Below, piece after piece: positions 13,301 to 24,149 of a stretch of DNA of 64,000 bases. Source of the DNA: Amoebophrya sp. A120 (taxonomy: Eukaryota > Protista > Dinoflagellata); the NCBI GenBank assembly GCA_905178155.1, contig CAJINV010000004.1, positions 2,316,228 to 2,380,227 on the forward strand, in the 5' to 3' direction. The stretch's first letter is position 1, and every line of letters begins with the position of its first letter. The position numbers and the translations under genes were made by a program. A model generated the notes under the pieces. That model ran no database searches. It was given only the letters and a program-made list of their open reading frames with translations, and was not told where the DNA came from.

Positions 13301-16300
13301 AGAGATGCGGCCTGTATTGCTTGTTGGCCGCGTGCTGGGAAACCCCTTCCGTTTTCAGGATGACCGGAAGCAACTGGAAGCAGGAAACAGCATTACAAAG
13401 TTCCTGCATTCGGGGCCGGAACTGCGTGGCTTGGCCTTCTAGCAATACAAGTCGAGGACTTGTGGACGCAAATACACAAATACAGCATCACACGTTTCCT
13501 TTTTGATTTTGGGACGGGGGATTTTTCCTCACAATAAAGAAAGCAGAGAAACAACTGGCGCAGGACGAAGCACGACAGAATAAGCTGATGGCTGAGGAAC
13601 AGGTTCGTGGACTTTTGGTAGATTTCCCATGCCAAACACGACCAAGTAGAGAGCTAGGCAGACCATTCGCATTGTGCATATAGAAATTGCAGTTCACAAT
13701 TCCAAAAAATGCATTATGCAGGCTGACGAGAATATGCAGCTGAAGAACCTTTTGTACGAAGAGCGCGACCGGCGAATGCAGGTTGTGGAAGAACTGAAGG
13801 AAGAATACAACGCGATTATGAAGTCGCGGGCCAGCCAATACCTGCAGGACATGGATGTTTTTTCCAAAATTCAGGTACAGATAAAAGATGTCCACAAATA
13901 ATTTTGGCTCATGTCATGCAAAAAAAAGAAATGTCCATGAGAAAGAGTACTAGATGCTGATGCCTCAAGATCTTCGTTCCACGACCATTTCACATGATCA
14001 CGACCATCTTCGAGGAGCTAGAGCTCGCTGCTGTGAGCCGCTACAATTTGTTCACATCAATGTACGTGATGTTCTATTCAGGATCGGCTGATGAAGGACT
14101 TGACCACCGAGCGGCTCGAATCCGATCAAAAATTGCTGCACATCACAGACTATCAATTGCAAAAGTATAATTCTCGTACTAGTACTAATTGCAATAGTAC
14201 AATAAAGTTTCTCAGCATGAGGAAGGGAATGCGGATTCATCAGCTTAACAACAAAGAGACTTGTATTAATGCATAAACGCAATTAGTACTACGAGTGCGA
14301 AGATCATCCTTTTGCACTGGATACGGACCGCGTGAAGTTAGAGCAGGATGTAATGGAGCAGAAGAAGGATCAACTGGAGCGGGAGGAAGTCGGATTAAAC
14401 ATTGCGGTGCAAACACTGTACTCGTCGCTGCTAAACTTGCTGAAGAAATACTCGTCCTCCACCGCAACCATCGCGGGAGGCTTGCTCCTGGCGAAGAATC
14501 TCAGCTCTTCCTCCACTTCCGCGGCTTCCTCCTCCGCGGTGTCTTCCTCGTCTGCGACCACCGACGGCGAGGAAGAGTCCGACTTCGACATTAGCAAGGA
14601 ACAGTTTGCGCGAACGTTGTCGGCCCTGACGGAGGACGATCTGGACGACACCGCGACCGTGATTGAAAATCTATCAAAAGGAAACATCCGTGCTCCTCCC
14701 ATAATATTAAAGCGGAACTCTGCGATGCGGGACCTGTGACTACAGAAATCAAATTTGTGTTGCAGTCGAGGACTGCACGCAGAGCGCAAGCGTAGGCTTC
14801 ATGGTGTAGGCGCCTAGCATGGCAGACGTCTGCCCTGCAGGCCTTACAGCATTACAAATCGCCTGCGCAAGAACGTGGCGGAAGTGCGCCTTCTTGCAAG
14901 ACAGATTACAAATCTGCTTCACAAATGCCCAGGCTGATGCGTTTTCAATATGGGGATGAGGAGGGACTTTTCCTTGCAATAAAATCTACGGTCCGTAGTG
15001 GTTCCAAGGATTTCGCAGATGGTAGAATAATTGCACTGTTCCTTCTACTAGCGAACGGTGGTGAACTTTTTTACGGAAACTTTAACTTAACTTGCAGATT
15101 TACGTTGCTGGTCTTTTCGCGGATGATTCTTGCAGCAAGAGTATTTATTAAATCGAAAAAAATAAAACCACGACAGCTCGAGTCCGCCATCCAAAAGGAA
15201 AATGTCAACACGGAGTTGGTGTGCGCCCGCGCCTGTCTCCAGGAACTGGAGGACGAAAACAGCAGTTTGCAGGACGATATGCATTGCAAATATATGTCTG
15301 GGCCTGGGCTGTAGGACGATGGGTTGGAGTTTGTCAAATGCTAGATTTGGGTGACACAAATACTTAAAATCTGTTCGTGCGTAAGCAGCAAAAGCTGCCG
15401 CCTATAAGTAATTGGGCACCTCTCGGAGGAGACGGCATTTCTCGTGCAGGATACTACGCATTCTGCTCCTGGAGCCTTCTCAAAACTTGTGATGCTGCAG
15501 CTCGCATACGCATACGCATGCCAGAAGTTCTAATCTGTGCGAAAGGGAAACCTCCTGCGCCCTGCAAGACAAACCAATCAAATCTTGTTCCAGAGCTGGA
15601 CGTATAATTTGCAATTTTGATACACGAGAATTCCCTGCTCCAGCGGCAGAATCTGGAGCTTGATTTGGACAACCGGTCGCTGGAGCGACGATTGGAACAG
15701 CTTTCGACGGGCGAAGACCTCTCCAACTCTTCGGCCATCACCTCTTTTTCGGACCAAGTCGACGACTACGTGTTTCGCCAGCAAATGAACGAGTTCATGC
15801 TGCGCAAAGACGACAAATTGGAGCCCGAGAGGACGAGCAGTAGCAGCACAACTACGCTGACCAGGATGAATCCCTACAACAACTCAAGGGGTGGTGGTGG
15901 GGCTGCAAGTCGAAGCGGCAACTACACGATTGGAGCCAGCACCAGGAACTACATCAACCCGGTCCCAGCGTTCACCACTAGGGCGGCGTCGAAGAACACC
16001 ATGACCGCTGCTGGGGTCGAAGATGGTAGTGGTACTACTGCTTCCAAAACTGCTGGTACCTCGATTCCGGCGAGCAACAACCCGTTCAGCAAGAACAGGA
16101 TTGGCGGTGTGGAAATCGTGACGAAAAAAACGTCCCCGAATGACGACGTGTCGACGACTATCCTCGGTAAAAACGCCCCCTCGACGTCCTCTTCCCCGGC
16201 ATCATTTTGCTTGTTCTTGCGCATGTGTAGACAAGGTTCGAGTCGCAGCGGAACTGCGTGCGTAGCTAGTGCCCCGCTCTTATGCTTATCGCGTCGATTA

Positions 16301-16744
16301 GAGCATGGCAAAATCTTCCCAGATCTTCGCACTAGAAAACGTGCCGCATGTAGTTGGGGCTGCTGCACATGATGAGAAGGAACATTTTAGGGTTCTTCTC
16401 GCGGATTTGCATGCCAAAGCCAACTAGGGGGTCCTCGTGGGGACTGTTTTGCTCAGGATGCCGACGCTCGAAGAAGATGAGTACAGCTACTCGGCGAACG
16501 ATTCGAGCTCCTCGTGGGTGGAGAAGAAATACGAACAATTTCACCGGAAAAACAACTGGTATTTTCAGGAAAAAACCCATATTATCCCCATCCAATTTGC
16601 CATGCAAAACATTCAGCATAGCCTCTATTTGTCATGCGAAACGTGGATGTGAACAATGGGTTTTTTGCTTTGCATATCTGGATGGACCAACGCTACCACG
16701 GGTCGTTAAACAGTCGTGACCAGCACCACATTGGGGTGTATTGA
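10322..16744 (+). CDS. Long coiled-coil protein of unknown function (12 TIR introns plus several GT-AG introns)
   Basis: MSHLASTAASSSWRDYCAVEEK|LALSETKVRELEIELRE... E/K/L/Q-rich heptad exons join in frame after element+5 removal; ends ...NW|MDQRYHGSLNSRDQHHIGVY*. Confidence 0.75.
10388..10837. mobile_element. Introner-type TIR element, family C, with nested insertion
   Basis: tatgagagtgcacaactccccct ... agggggagttgtgcactgtcata; DR agaaa/agaaa; reverse orientation relative to 62413-62629. Confidence 0.92.
10930..11120. mobile_element. Introner-type TIR element (D-like)
   Basis: tatcccaagtatacaacgtacc ... ggtacgtttttagacagaata; DR gtttg/gttcg. Confidence 0.8.
11434..11757. mobile_element. Introner-type TIR element, family B
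   Basis: TIR; DR acgga/acgga. Confidence 0.9.
11824..12093. mobile_element. Introner-type TIR element, family A
   Basis: TIR; DR aggaa/aggag. Confidence 0.9.
12596..12892. mobile_element. Introner-type TIR element, family A (diverged)
   Basis: tatccactgcaaataat ... ataatttgcaatggata; DR gtctc/gcttc. Confidence 0.85.
13023..13196. mobile_element. Introner-type TIR element, family E (first of tandem pair)
   Basis: tatgcatcgcaaaagtatc ... gatacttgttttgcagaggata; flanks gcgaa/gggaa. Confidence 0.85.
13202..13536. mobile_element. Introner-type TIR element, family B (second of tandem pair)
   Basis: tatcaaaatgaaaaatccgcccttccc ... gggacgggggatttttcctcacaata; flanks gggaa/aagaa. Confidence 0.85.
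14151..14323. mobile_element. Introner-type TIR element, family E
   Basis: tatcaattgcaaaag ... cttttgcactggata; DR cagac/cggac. Confidence 0.88.
14672..14981. mobile_element. Introner-type TIR element, family B
   Basis: TIR; DR aaatc/aaatc. The downstream exon appears to be only a few nucleotides long, so the frame join here is tentative. Confidence 0.88.
15278..15622. mobile_element. Introner-type TIR element, family A (diverged)
   Basis: tatgcattgcaaatatatgtctggg ... ataatttgcaattttgata; DR gacga/cacga. Confidence 0.85.
16159..16460. mobile_element. Introner-type TIR element, family D
   Basis: tatcctcggtaaaaacgcccc ... ggggactgttttgctcaggatg; DR acgac/ccgac. Confidence 0.8.
16560..16676. 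mobile_element. Short introner-type TIR element
   Basis: tattttcaggaaaaaacccat ... atgggttttttgctttgcata; DR actgg/tctgg. Confidence 0.8.
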
Positions 16745-18593
16745 GTAGTGTCCTTTACTAGCACTATGAGCGTATGTACACACGAAAGTTACTGTGATTT
16801 CAATTCGAGAAGATCATATTGCGAACGAATAGAACCGTTTTACTTTACAACATTATACTTTCAACATTTCAACGTGTGCTTTAATGCTTTATTTGACCGC
16901 GATTCATCATAGTTGAAGCGTGTCGCAGTCACAGTTACACCTTTATTTCCATGATGCCAATCTGCAGCTACAACGAACACCGTGCATGTAGCTCGGGCAG
17001 GTTGTCATGCAACGCAGCTAGCGAGAGTATTTTTTTTGGTCTTTCAAGCCGACTTCGAGATCGACAAGTTCGAGCATATTACCGATAAAAGAAAGTCAAA
17101 AACGAACAAGTATCTAGTACACAAGCTGCACTTCCAAATATCTAGAAGTTGTGCACTTATTTCAGGTGTACTTCTTGACCTCGACAGTATGATCTAAACA
17201 TCAAGAGTTGTCGTGAAAAAAATATGTAGAAATTCGCCATTTTTTATACGAAAAGCATTTGGAGAATTCAATACGAATGACCATTTTATGCAATACCATA
17301 GAGATAGAGACCCAGACCTCACTTCCGCTATAATCACTCGCAGGAGTTGATGCGGAAATGAAAATGTACGGACGTCGTCGATGATTATTTTTTTGGTTAT
17401 ACAACACGACGGAGACGGACTCAGCAACGAGAAGGAGGAAGGGGACACATAGCGACCGCACGGCGCTGGGTCGGTGGTGCAAGGGTAGAAGTTCTGTGGA
17501 GAATGGATGTTCGCTGCCTCCGATGATCATCTGTCGGCAGATGATCTGTCGGCCTTTTATTCAAAGAAGACGAAAGCCAAAGCAGCTTACAAATAGGGTT
17601 CAATTTCAATTTACCAAGCGGCAAGGAATCATTTTTCAGAAATTTTCGAGAGCAGAGGTGTCCGCCATCCCCGTGTGTGAGTAGCTGAGTGAGCTGCCAC
17701 AGACTTCCGAGTGTTTAAGAAGCAGGACTGCGTTTAGAAGAAAGAAAATTTTGTACGCGAAGATCATTATACCTTTGAGGATGATGTAAAGATCTTGCTA
17801 TAACTTTGCGTCTGAAGTTGCGGTGCGCCGAAAAAAGTGACAGGACGGGAAAACTAAAATAAATGTGGCACAGTGTACACAGGATGGGGAAATGAACGCG
17901 GAGTTTATTTCCGGAAACTCGTCCCAAAGCAAATAACCCCTCGACGCAGGAGGACGCGCGGTCGCAGCAAGCCAGCAGGCAGGTGGCGTTGCGGAAACGA
18001 AACGCGGTTCACCCATAAGCCGGAGTCATTTTCGTGTCCCAAGTTGTGTCTTTCACTTTCTCGATTCCGGTCGTGTTCTCCATCGTCCCAGCGGGCGGCA
18101 TTTGTTGCGGAGGTGTAGTTTGAGGCAGTTCCTCTACTGAGGTGAAGACAGACCACGCACGGCTTGTTCCGGCAGTGGAAACAAGATATTGGAACAGTCT
18201 GCGGTTCTTCCACCCTGTTCAGGGTTCTTCGGGCAGTAGGACGAGCTCGTCGAAGCAGTCAGGCCGGCGTCGCGACCGGGGCGAGTGAAATTCACGTACA
18301 GAGATTTTGGTACTAACAGGACGAACTTTGATCTTTCCTGGTACAGCATCGCTACCGCTTCCGAAAGAGCCACGCCGTGAGGATTCCGTTTGCCGTGATA
18401 CGTCGAGCATAAGCCTGGTCTAGTACTCCGTGGTACGTGCAACGGTGTGTGACGTCGGCGTTAAACTTTGTTCTGAAGGTGAGGTGTCCAAGTTGAACAC
18501 GGAATAGCATTAATTTGCCCCGGAAGATAGTACAGATACAACTAGATCTGCGGCTCCAGGAGGTTCTCGTCGTCTCACTTGCTCGACGTCAAA

Positions 18594-21500
18594 ATGGACC
18601 GCATACACCTGACCAACAAAACGCGGCCGAAGGCCCCGGCTAAGGCACAGCATATCAACTGCAAATATTTGTCTGGGTCTGGAAGAACGCAGCTACAGCT
18701 TGTTATGCAAAGTCTCGACCTTGTTGCAGGATCAGGAGGGCCAAAACTTTGCCCAAGTCTTGCTGGGCAACAAAAGGCGGATTTTCATTTCTCATGCCGA
18801 AGAGGCAGAGGGAATATCTCGCAAAATCTCTGTTGCTCCTTCTGCGTGTATTTTTCCAGACTATGTGTCTGGTCCGTGAGCTGCATGACTCTTCCAAACC
18901 CACAGCAAAGATATTTGCAGTGGATACAGCACCGCAACATACCAAACCTGGAGGAGTCTTTCTGGTCCCGATCCTGGGGCGCCAGGAACAAGACGCACTG
19001 GTACGCCAGGAATCTGATGCGAAACGTTGCGTACTACTCGGAGTCCGCTCCAGACCAGGACCCCGAAATGCACACCGCTGAAGATGACGCCTTTGCCTTG
19101 GAAGAGGCCAAGAATAACAAGAAAAAAAGGTACTTTACTTGTATTCGAGCTTTACAAGATGCGACGGCTGTATCTATGTGTTGAAAACATGACCTACCTC
19201 TTCTTGTACAAACAGAAGAATTTAGGAAGAACAGACTTTCTTACCGACCACGAGCAAAAAGTAGATAAGTAAAACAGAACTTCTGCAGTAGTTCCAGTTG
19301 TAGACTCTATGCAACTCTGAAACTAGTACAGGATGAACCCGCTAGCCGGCGATTTCCCGGATGAAAGCGAGGCGGAGGTGCGATTATTAGGGAAGAAAGA
19401 GAAAGTCGTGAACTACATACGGGACTCCCACCTGGTGAACGCCGACGGCACCAAGGATCCCAGCACCCTAGAGCACGCAAATATCGCCGGTACTACCTAT
19501 GTGAAGCTGTTGAGCTCGTTTTTCGTAGTTGTAGAAGTTGTAGTACTGTTTTCATATTCTTTCATCATTGGGCGGTCTTGCTGTTGACTGTTGTGAAGGA
19601 AATTGGTACTTCGAAAAGGATTGGTACTTCGAAAAGGTAGAATTTTTCACACGAAGATTTTTGCATGTGCATGCTGTTCATCGCGTCCCCGAGCCAAAAA
19701 GTGCGTCAGAGAAAGAATAATAGATAAGTACCCATCAGGTCCGGAGAACTTGGCGGCCACAGAGCACCAGACCAGGAAGGGGCAGGTGATCTACGGCAAG
19801 ATAAAGTACCAACTAAGAAATTTCCAGCAGGCCCAGATTCCCAACCGGTGGCAGACCGAAAAGCACGACGAACTGATGGAAAAGCTGCACTTGGAAAAGA
19901 ACGCCATGACGGCAAGCACCTCGCAATTACAGACCGATACGAAAAACTTGCTTAGGGAAAAATACAACCTGGAACTGGCCATGGTATGGATTGGACTTTA
20001 GAAGATGACATGATCCATGATGTTGTTCCAGTATGATTTGTTGAAAGTGACCAAAATAAAGACGTACCTGCAACAAACTATCGTGGTCCTCGGGTTTTTA
20101 TAAAAAAACAACATCTTCTTTCATCACCATCCAACATGACACCAGCCCCGCAGAAGAACGGACCGCGAGCTGCTGGGTATGAGCGCCATAGACAAAATGA
20201 AGATAAGAACTGAAGTATGACAGTGCACAACCCCCGCCCCTTTCCCTCATTTTTCATGCAAAGCCCCAAATCCAACTCCAAGTGCTTCCCTCTGGCACTG
20301 TTTGCATGACAGTGACAGATTTCGGAAGCCCAAACAGTACTACTACACCAGGCGCATGAGTTTGTCATGCACAGGCTCCACGTGTGCTGGTGGTGGTGTT
20401 TGTATTGATGTTCATGCAATACAAGTGAAGGGGGGGGGGATTGTGTACTCTCATATGAAGAGGACAAGGCAATGGCGGAATGGGTGAAGAATTTCGGAAT
20501 CGCTGAGCAAGCATCAAACGAAAGCCTCACGAAGCTCAGGAAATGCCTGTACTTGCTACGATGATTTAGATTTTGGACGTAGCAATGTTGCTTTAAGACA
20601 TATACAATTCTTGCAGCTCATGCTCAGGTGCATTTGCTTCTGCGTCACTTGTTCTGACAGTGCTTTTCATTCGAACAATCATGGTCATGGAGCAAGTATT
20701 CATTAAAGTTCATGGGAGAAATTTTATGGCAAGCAATGTACTACATCAGACTGGAGCTAACTGACATGAAGCACATAGCTCGGGAGTCGCAGCTGGTCCG
20801 CACGCAGAAACTAACGGAGGCGCTGAGCTACACCAGATCCGGCAAGTTGATACGGCTTCTGATCCGAGTATGGAAGTGTCAGAATCGAAATTGACAAAAT
20901 CGAACAATTTGTGATGCACAAAATCGATACCAGTTGAAGCCTCAGTTTTCAAGTGGCGCATGGCAAATTTCGGGAGCATCAAAATCCAGTTTGTCATGCT
21001 GTTTGGGCAAAGGAGACTGCTCCTGTCGTGCTACTCTGGCAGCGCATCGCCTTCCTCTAAACAGGCTTGCAATCGGTCTCATTTGCCTGCTCCCCAACAC
21101 AGGCCACGCGTGCCCTACATTTTACGCATGACAAGTTTTTCGATTTCGTCGATTTCGATCCTGACACTCCCATACCGAGAGCTGATCACGCTGGATTGCG
21201 CCGACATACTAGAAAGAGTAAACAACAGCCTGCAGGTATAGCAATGATGTACGTAGTACAACTTGAATACATTTTTATTTCAAAGAAACAATTTTTTGCA
21301 TGCAGGAGCCCGCCGGGTTTCTTTTCGTCTAGGACACGACCCCGAGGGCTGTAGTTATGCTCTTTCTCATTTTCTTCCAGTTGCAACAAGGTTGAGAACA
21401 TCATAGCAGTGTTTTGTTCGTTCTTTCGCACATGGATACTTCTACTTCTTGCCTTGTTCTTGGACGTCGGTCAAACATACAGCAAAGGCTTCTTCATCGA

Positions 21501-23509
21501 AAGAAAAAAAAAATCACACAGATTGAGCTATCGCTCCCGCTGAAGAAGGACCTGATAGAGTACTGCCGGACCGAGATGCAGTTCTTCGACGTCGAGCTAC
21601 ACCTCGCGCGACTCCGAAAGGTCTACCTCGGCATCACCGGCTCGTGGGGCGGGCTCAATATCACGCAGAAAAGTACACAGTGACCCCCCCACGTGAAAAA
21701 GGAATGAATTTTGTGCGCCACCGAAAATACTTTCGGTGATGGTGCAAAGACCACATCAAGAGAGGCAATTTATTCTAGATCTTGCGTGATGCACAACGCA
21801 GTCTGTTGTAAATGTGATGCTTGATAGCGATCAGAGTAAGACTGAACCCGTAAAGCGCCAGTAAGAAATTTTATCATGCTCTTGAAGAACAGGAGCCAAA
21901 AACAAAAGGCGCTTCACGAATTTCGATTTTTTCTGCTTTGTTGGCTGTACTCTTCTGTAGGATACAGAAAGAGCACTACAAACTCAACGCCGGGATGCCA
22001 ACAAATAGGGCAGCGTCGCTAACCGCGCTGGTGGACGGGCCGACGAGAAGTACGTTTTATTGTGACCACAATTCTTTGATATTTAGAATGTGAATGTGTA
22101 AGAACTGTAGTACCAGTTCGTACTCGTCGTGAAAGTTAGTGGAGCTGCATTTGACAGACTGCATCATGGGGGAGATTATCGATCAGACACGACGTAAAAA
22201 CAAGTCAACTTGCTAATATCCCTCTACTCAGGGTCGATGGAAGCGAACTTCGACGCCAATGCCGCTCCCGCGATTCCCGCGCCGAGAATACCGGAGCGGA
22301 AGCTCTCCCTTCGGGCCGAAATCGCGCATCTAGAGGAACAGAAGACCTTTTTGCTGGACCAAATTTTGCACTACCGCGAAAAGTTCACGTCCACGATAAT
22401 ACGGAAGTACGTGCAGAAAAAAAACCGAGCGCTCCAGCCCGACGCGGACGCCATGGCGGAAGGTAGAACCACTATTAACTCCTGATGGGATATTTAACAT
22501 AAGGAGGCAGAAGTAAAATGAGTACATGCCACGGTGGTCCCTTTGTCTTTTCGTTTCTGATGTAGAAAAAGGTGCGAGGAAGTAGAGCCGAATGCGGTCT
22601 TCACGGCATTCAATTTTTTTCTGTTTTATGCAAAACGCAAATACGAAAAGGTCTGCGTGTGCTCTCCGTGCTGACTTCCGAGCAGTACGTATCCTGTGGA
22701 AAAACATGCCCATAACCCCAGCGTCAAGATGGAATGTTTCAGGAGTTGTCACGCGTGACAAGCTGCAGTCTGTAGTGTAGTTGTGCAGGTTAAGAAGAGC
22801 AGCCGCATGACAAAGCCATGTCCTTGTCCTGTTTACAGCATTACGAATTCCATTAAGTGAAACGAGTCGTCTTTTAATAAATGCCTCCCAAGATCATGAG
22901 GATGAGGACTTTTACAGATGTTCCTGAAGTCGCAAAATATCTGTAGATCGGTGGGATGGGGACGTTTTTCTTCAGGATATCCCGCCCGCGAGGCGTTCAC
23001 GGAGTACGACAAGAGGTGTGACCAGGTGGAGGACTCACAGAAAACGGTGGGGCCTTTGCTGATTTCCCAGGACACGCTCCGCGACTTCCGAGCCATAAAC
23101 CGGACGAAGACCATCATGCGGGGGAACGAGGTCCGGTTGCCCTATCCTGAGTAGAAACGTCCCCACCCCATAGTTGTAATGCAAATCTGCATGCTTAAAA
23201 TGGCTCTCATGCGGAGACCCATAAGAAGCATTTTCTAGTCGTGTTTCGGAATTTGTCATGCTCCAATATATAAGCACGATATGCTAGATCTGTGATGCTG
23301 CTGAACTAAATTAACGGGTTTACACTATGAGGCCAAATTTGTCATGCGCAACAGCCAAGTCTGGCTATACTTGTCTAGCAGATCACCCATCGCGACTATT
23401 GGGTGGAGACATTTTTGCTCAGGATATTCCCGCGCCCGTCCCCATCCCCGCGCCCAGGCCAAACTCGAGCCACACCGTCATCCGACACGCGCACCGGGCG
23501 TGGCAGTGA
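18594..23509 (+). CDS. Multi-exon helical/coiled-coil protein of unknown function
   Basis: MDRIHLTNKTRPKAPAKAQH|RNIPNLEESFWSRSW...; exons joined by six TIR elements and several GT-AG introns; ends ...EVRLP|APVPIPAPRPNSSHTVIRHAHRAWQ*. Confidence 0.7.
18653..18926. mobile_element. Introner-type TIR element, family A
   Basis: TIR; DR cagca/cagca. Confidence 0.9.
20216..20455. mobile_element. Introner-type TIR element, family C
   Basis: tatgacagtgcacaacccc ... ggggattgtgtactctcata; DR tgaag/tgaag. Confidence 0.92.
20553..20736. mobile_element. Non-canonical intron with TTGCT...AGCAA ends
   Basis: DR tgtac/tgtac; removal gives RKCLY|YIRLELTDMK in frame. Confidence 0.75.
20869..21174. mobile_element. 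Introner-type TIR element, family G (about 49-bp TIR)
   Basis: tatggaagtgtcagaatcgaaattgacaaaatcgaa ... ttcgatttcgtcgatttcgatcctgacactcccata; DR ccgag/ccgag. Confidence 0.92.
22690..22979. mobile_element. Introner-type TIR element, family D
   Basis: tatcctgtggaaaaacatgccc ... ggggacgtttttcttcaggata; decayed DR gtacg/tcccg; join SEQY|AREAF. Confidence 0.85.
23143..23426. mobile_element. Introner-type TIR element, family D
   Basis: tatcctgagtagaaacgtccccaccc ... gggtggagacatttttgctcaggata; DR tgccc/ttccc. Confidence 0.9.
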
Positions 23510-24149
23510 AGAAGGTGTCAAGGATAAAATCGCATGTAAAATTTAGTGTTGCAGCTTGTTGAGATGCAAATAGAACACTGTACGATGTTTTTGTAATAAA
23601 CTTTCTTCACAACAAGGATGTGACATAAACCTCACGTGCACGTCGCGCAACTGGTGGCTTTATTTCGTGGCGCTAGTGCATGCGTTTCAACACCTGCGAC
23701 TTCTCACCTCGATATACAAGTATCTCACCCTTTTTTACAAAAACCGCAAAACGACCTCGTCGCGATGGTTTCTAATTGGCAAATAAAAAAATGGCTTTGG
23801 CTAATGACGCTTTTTAGTTTATTTACTCCGAATGACAATGACGCAATCAACGCGTTTGACAGAGATCTATGGCAATTATGTGGTCGATATCGCTTCGTAT
23901 TCGTAAATGGCTGAGCGATTTGTGGCACGAAGTCGAATCTTTTGAAGATTGCCGTCGATCTACTATACTTATGATGCAAAAAATGGCACGGAACGTCAAA
24001 CAGTGGCGCTGCAGTTTTGTTTCTTTCCATATGTACTTGAACCAAAAGTTGGGCTCGGCCGAATGTCGCACTTGTAAATGCATTGTAATGATACAGCTTT
24101 TGATATATGATATTCCAACCTGTGAAGGCGAAGGCCACAGAGGATAGGT

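Noticed and set aside
13901-13911. attttggctca resembling a dinoflagellate spliced-leader relic
   Set aside because: Only an 11-nt match, inside an intron and not upstream of a start codon.
13869-14082. GT-AG intron with attcagg at both ends as a converted introner
   Set aside because: No convincing TIR, and CAG|G duplication is expected from splice consensus.
16900-18500. Possible gene in the long intergenic stretch
   Set aside because: Only short ORFs, with no joinable exons or motifs.
19602-19638. Short tandem duplication attggtacttcgaaaagg x2 (similar cases at about 30672/30762 and 51676-51738)
   Set aside because: Ordinary slippage-type duplications in non-coding DNA.
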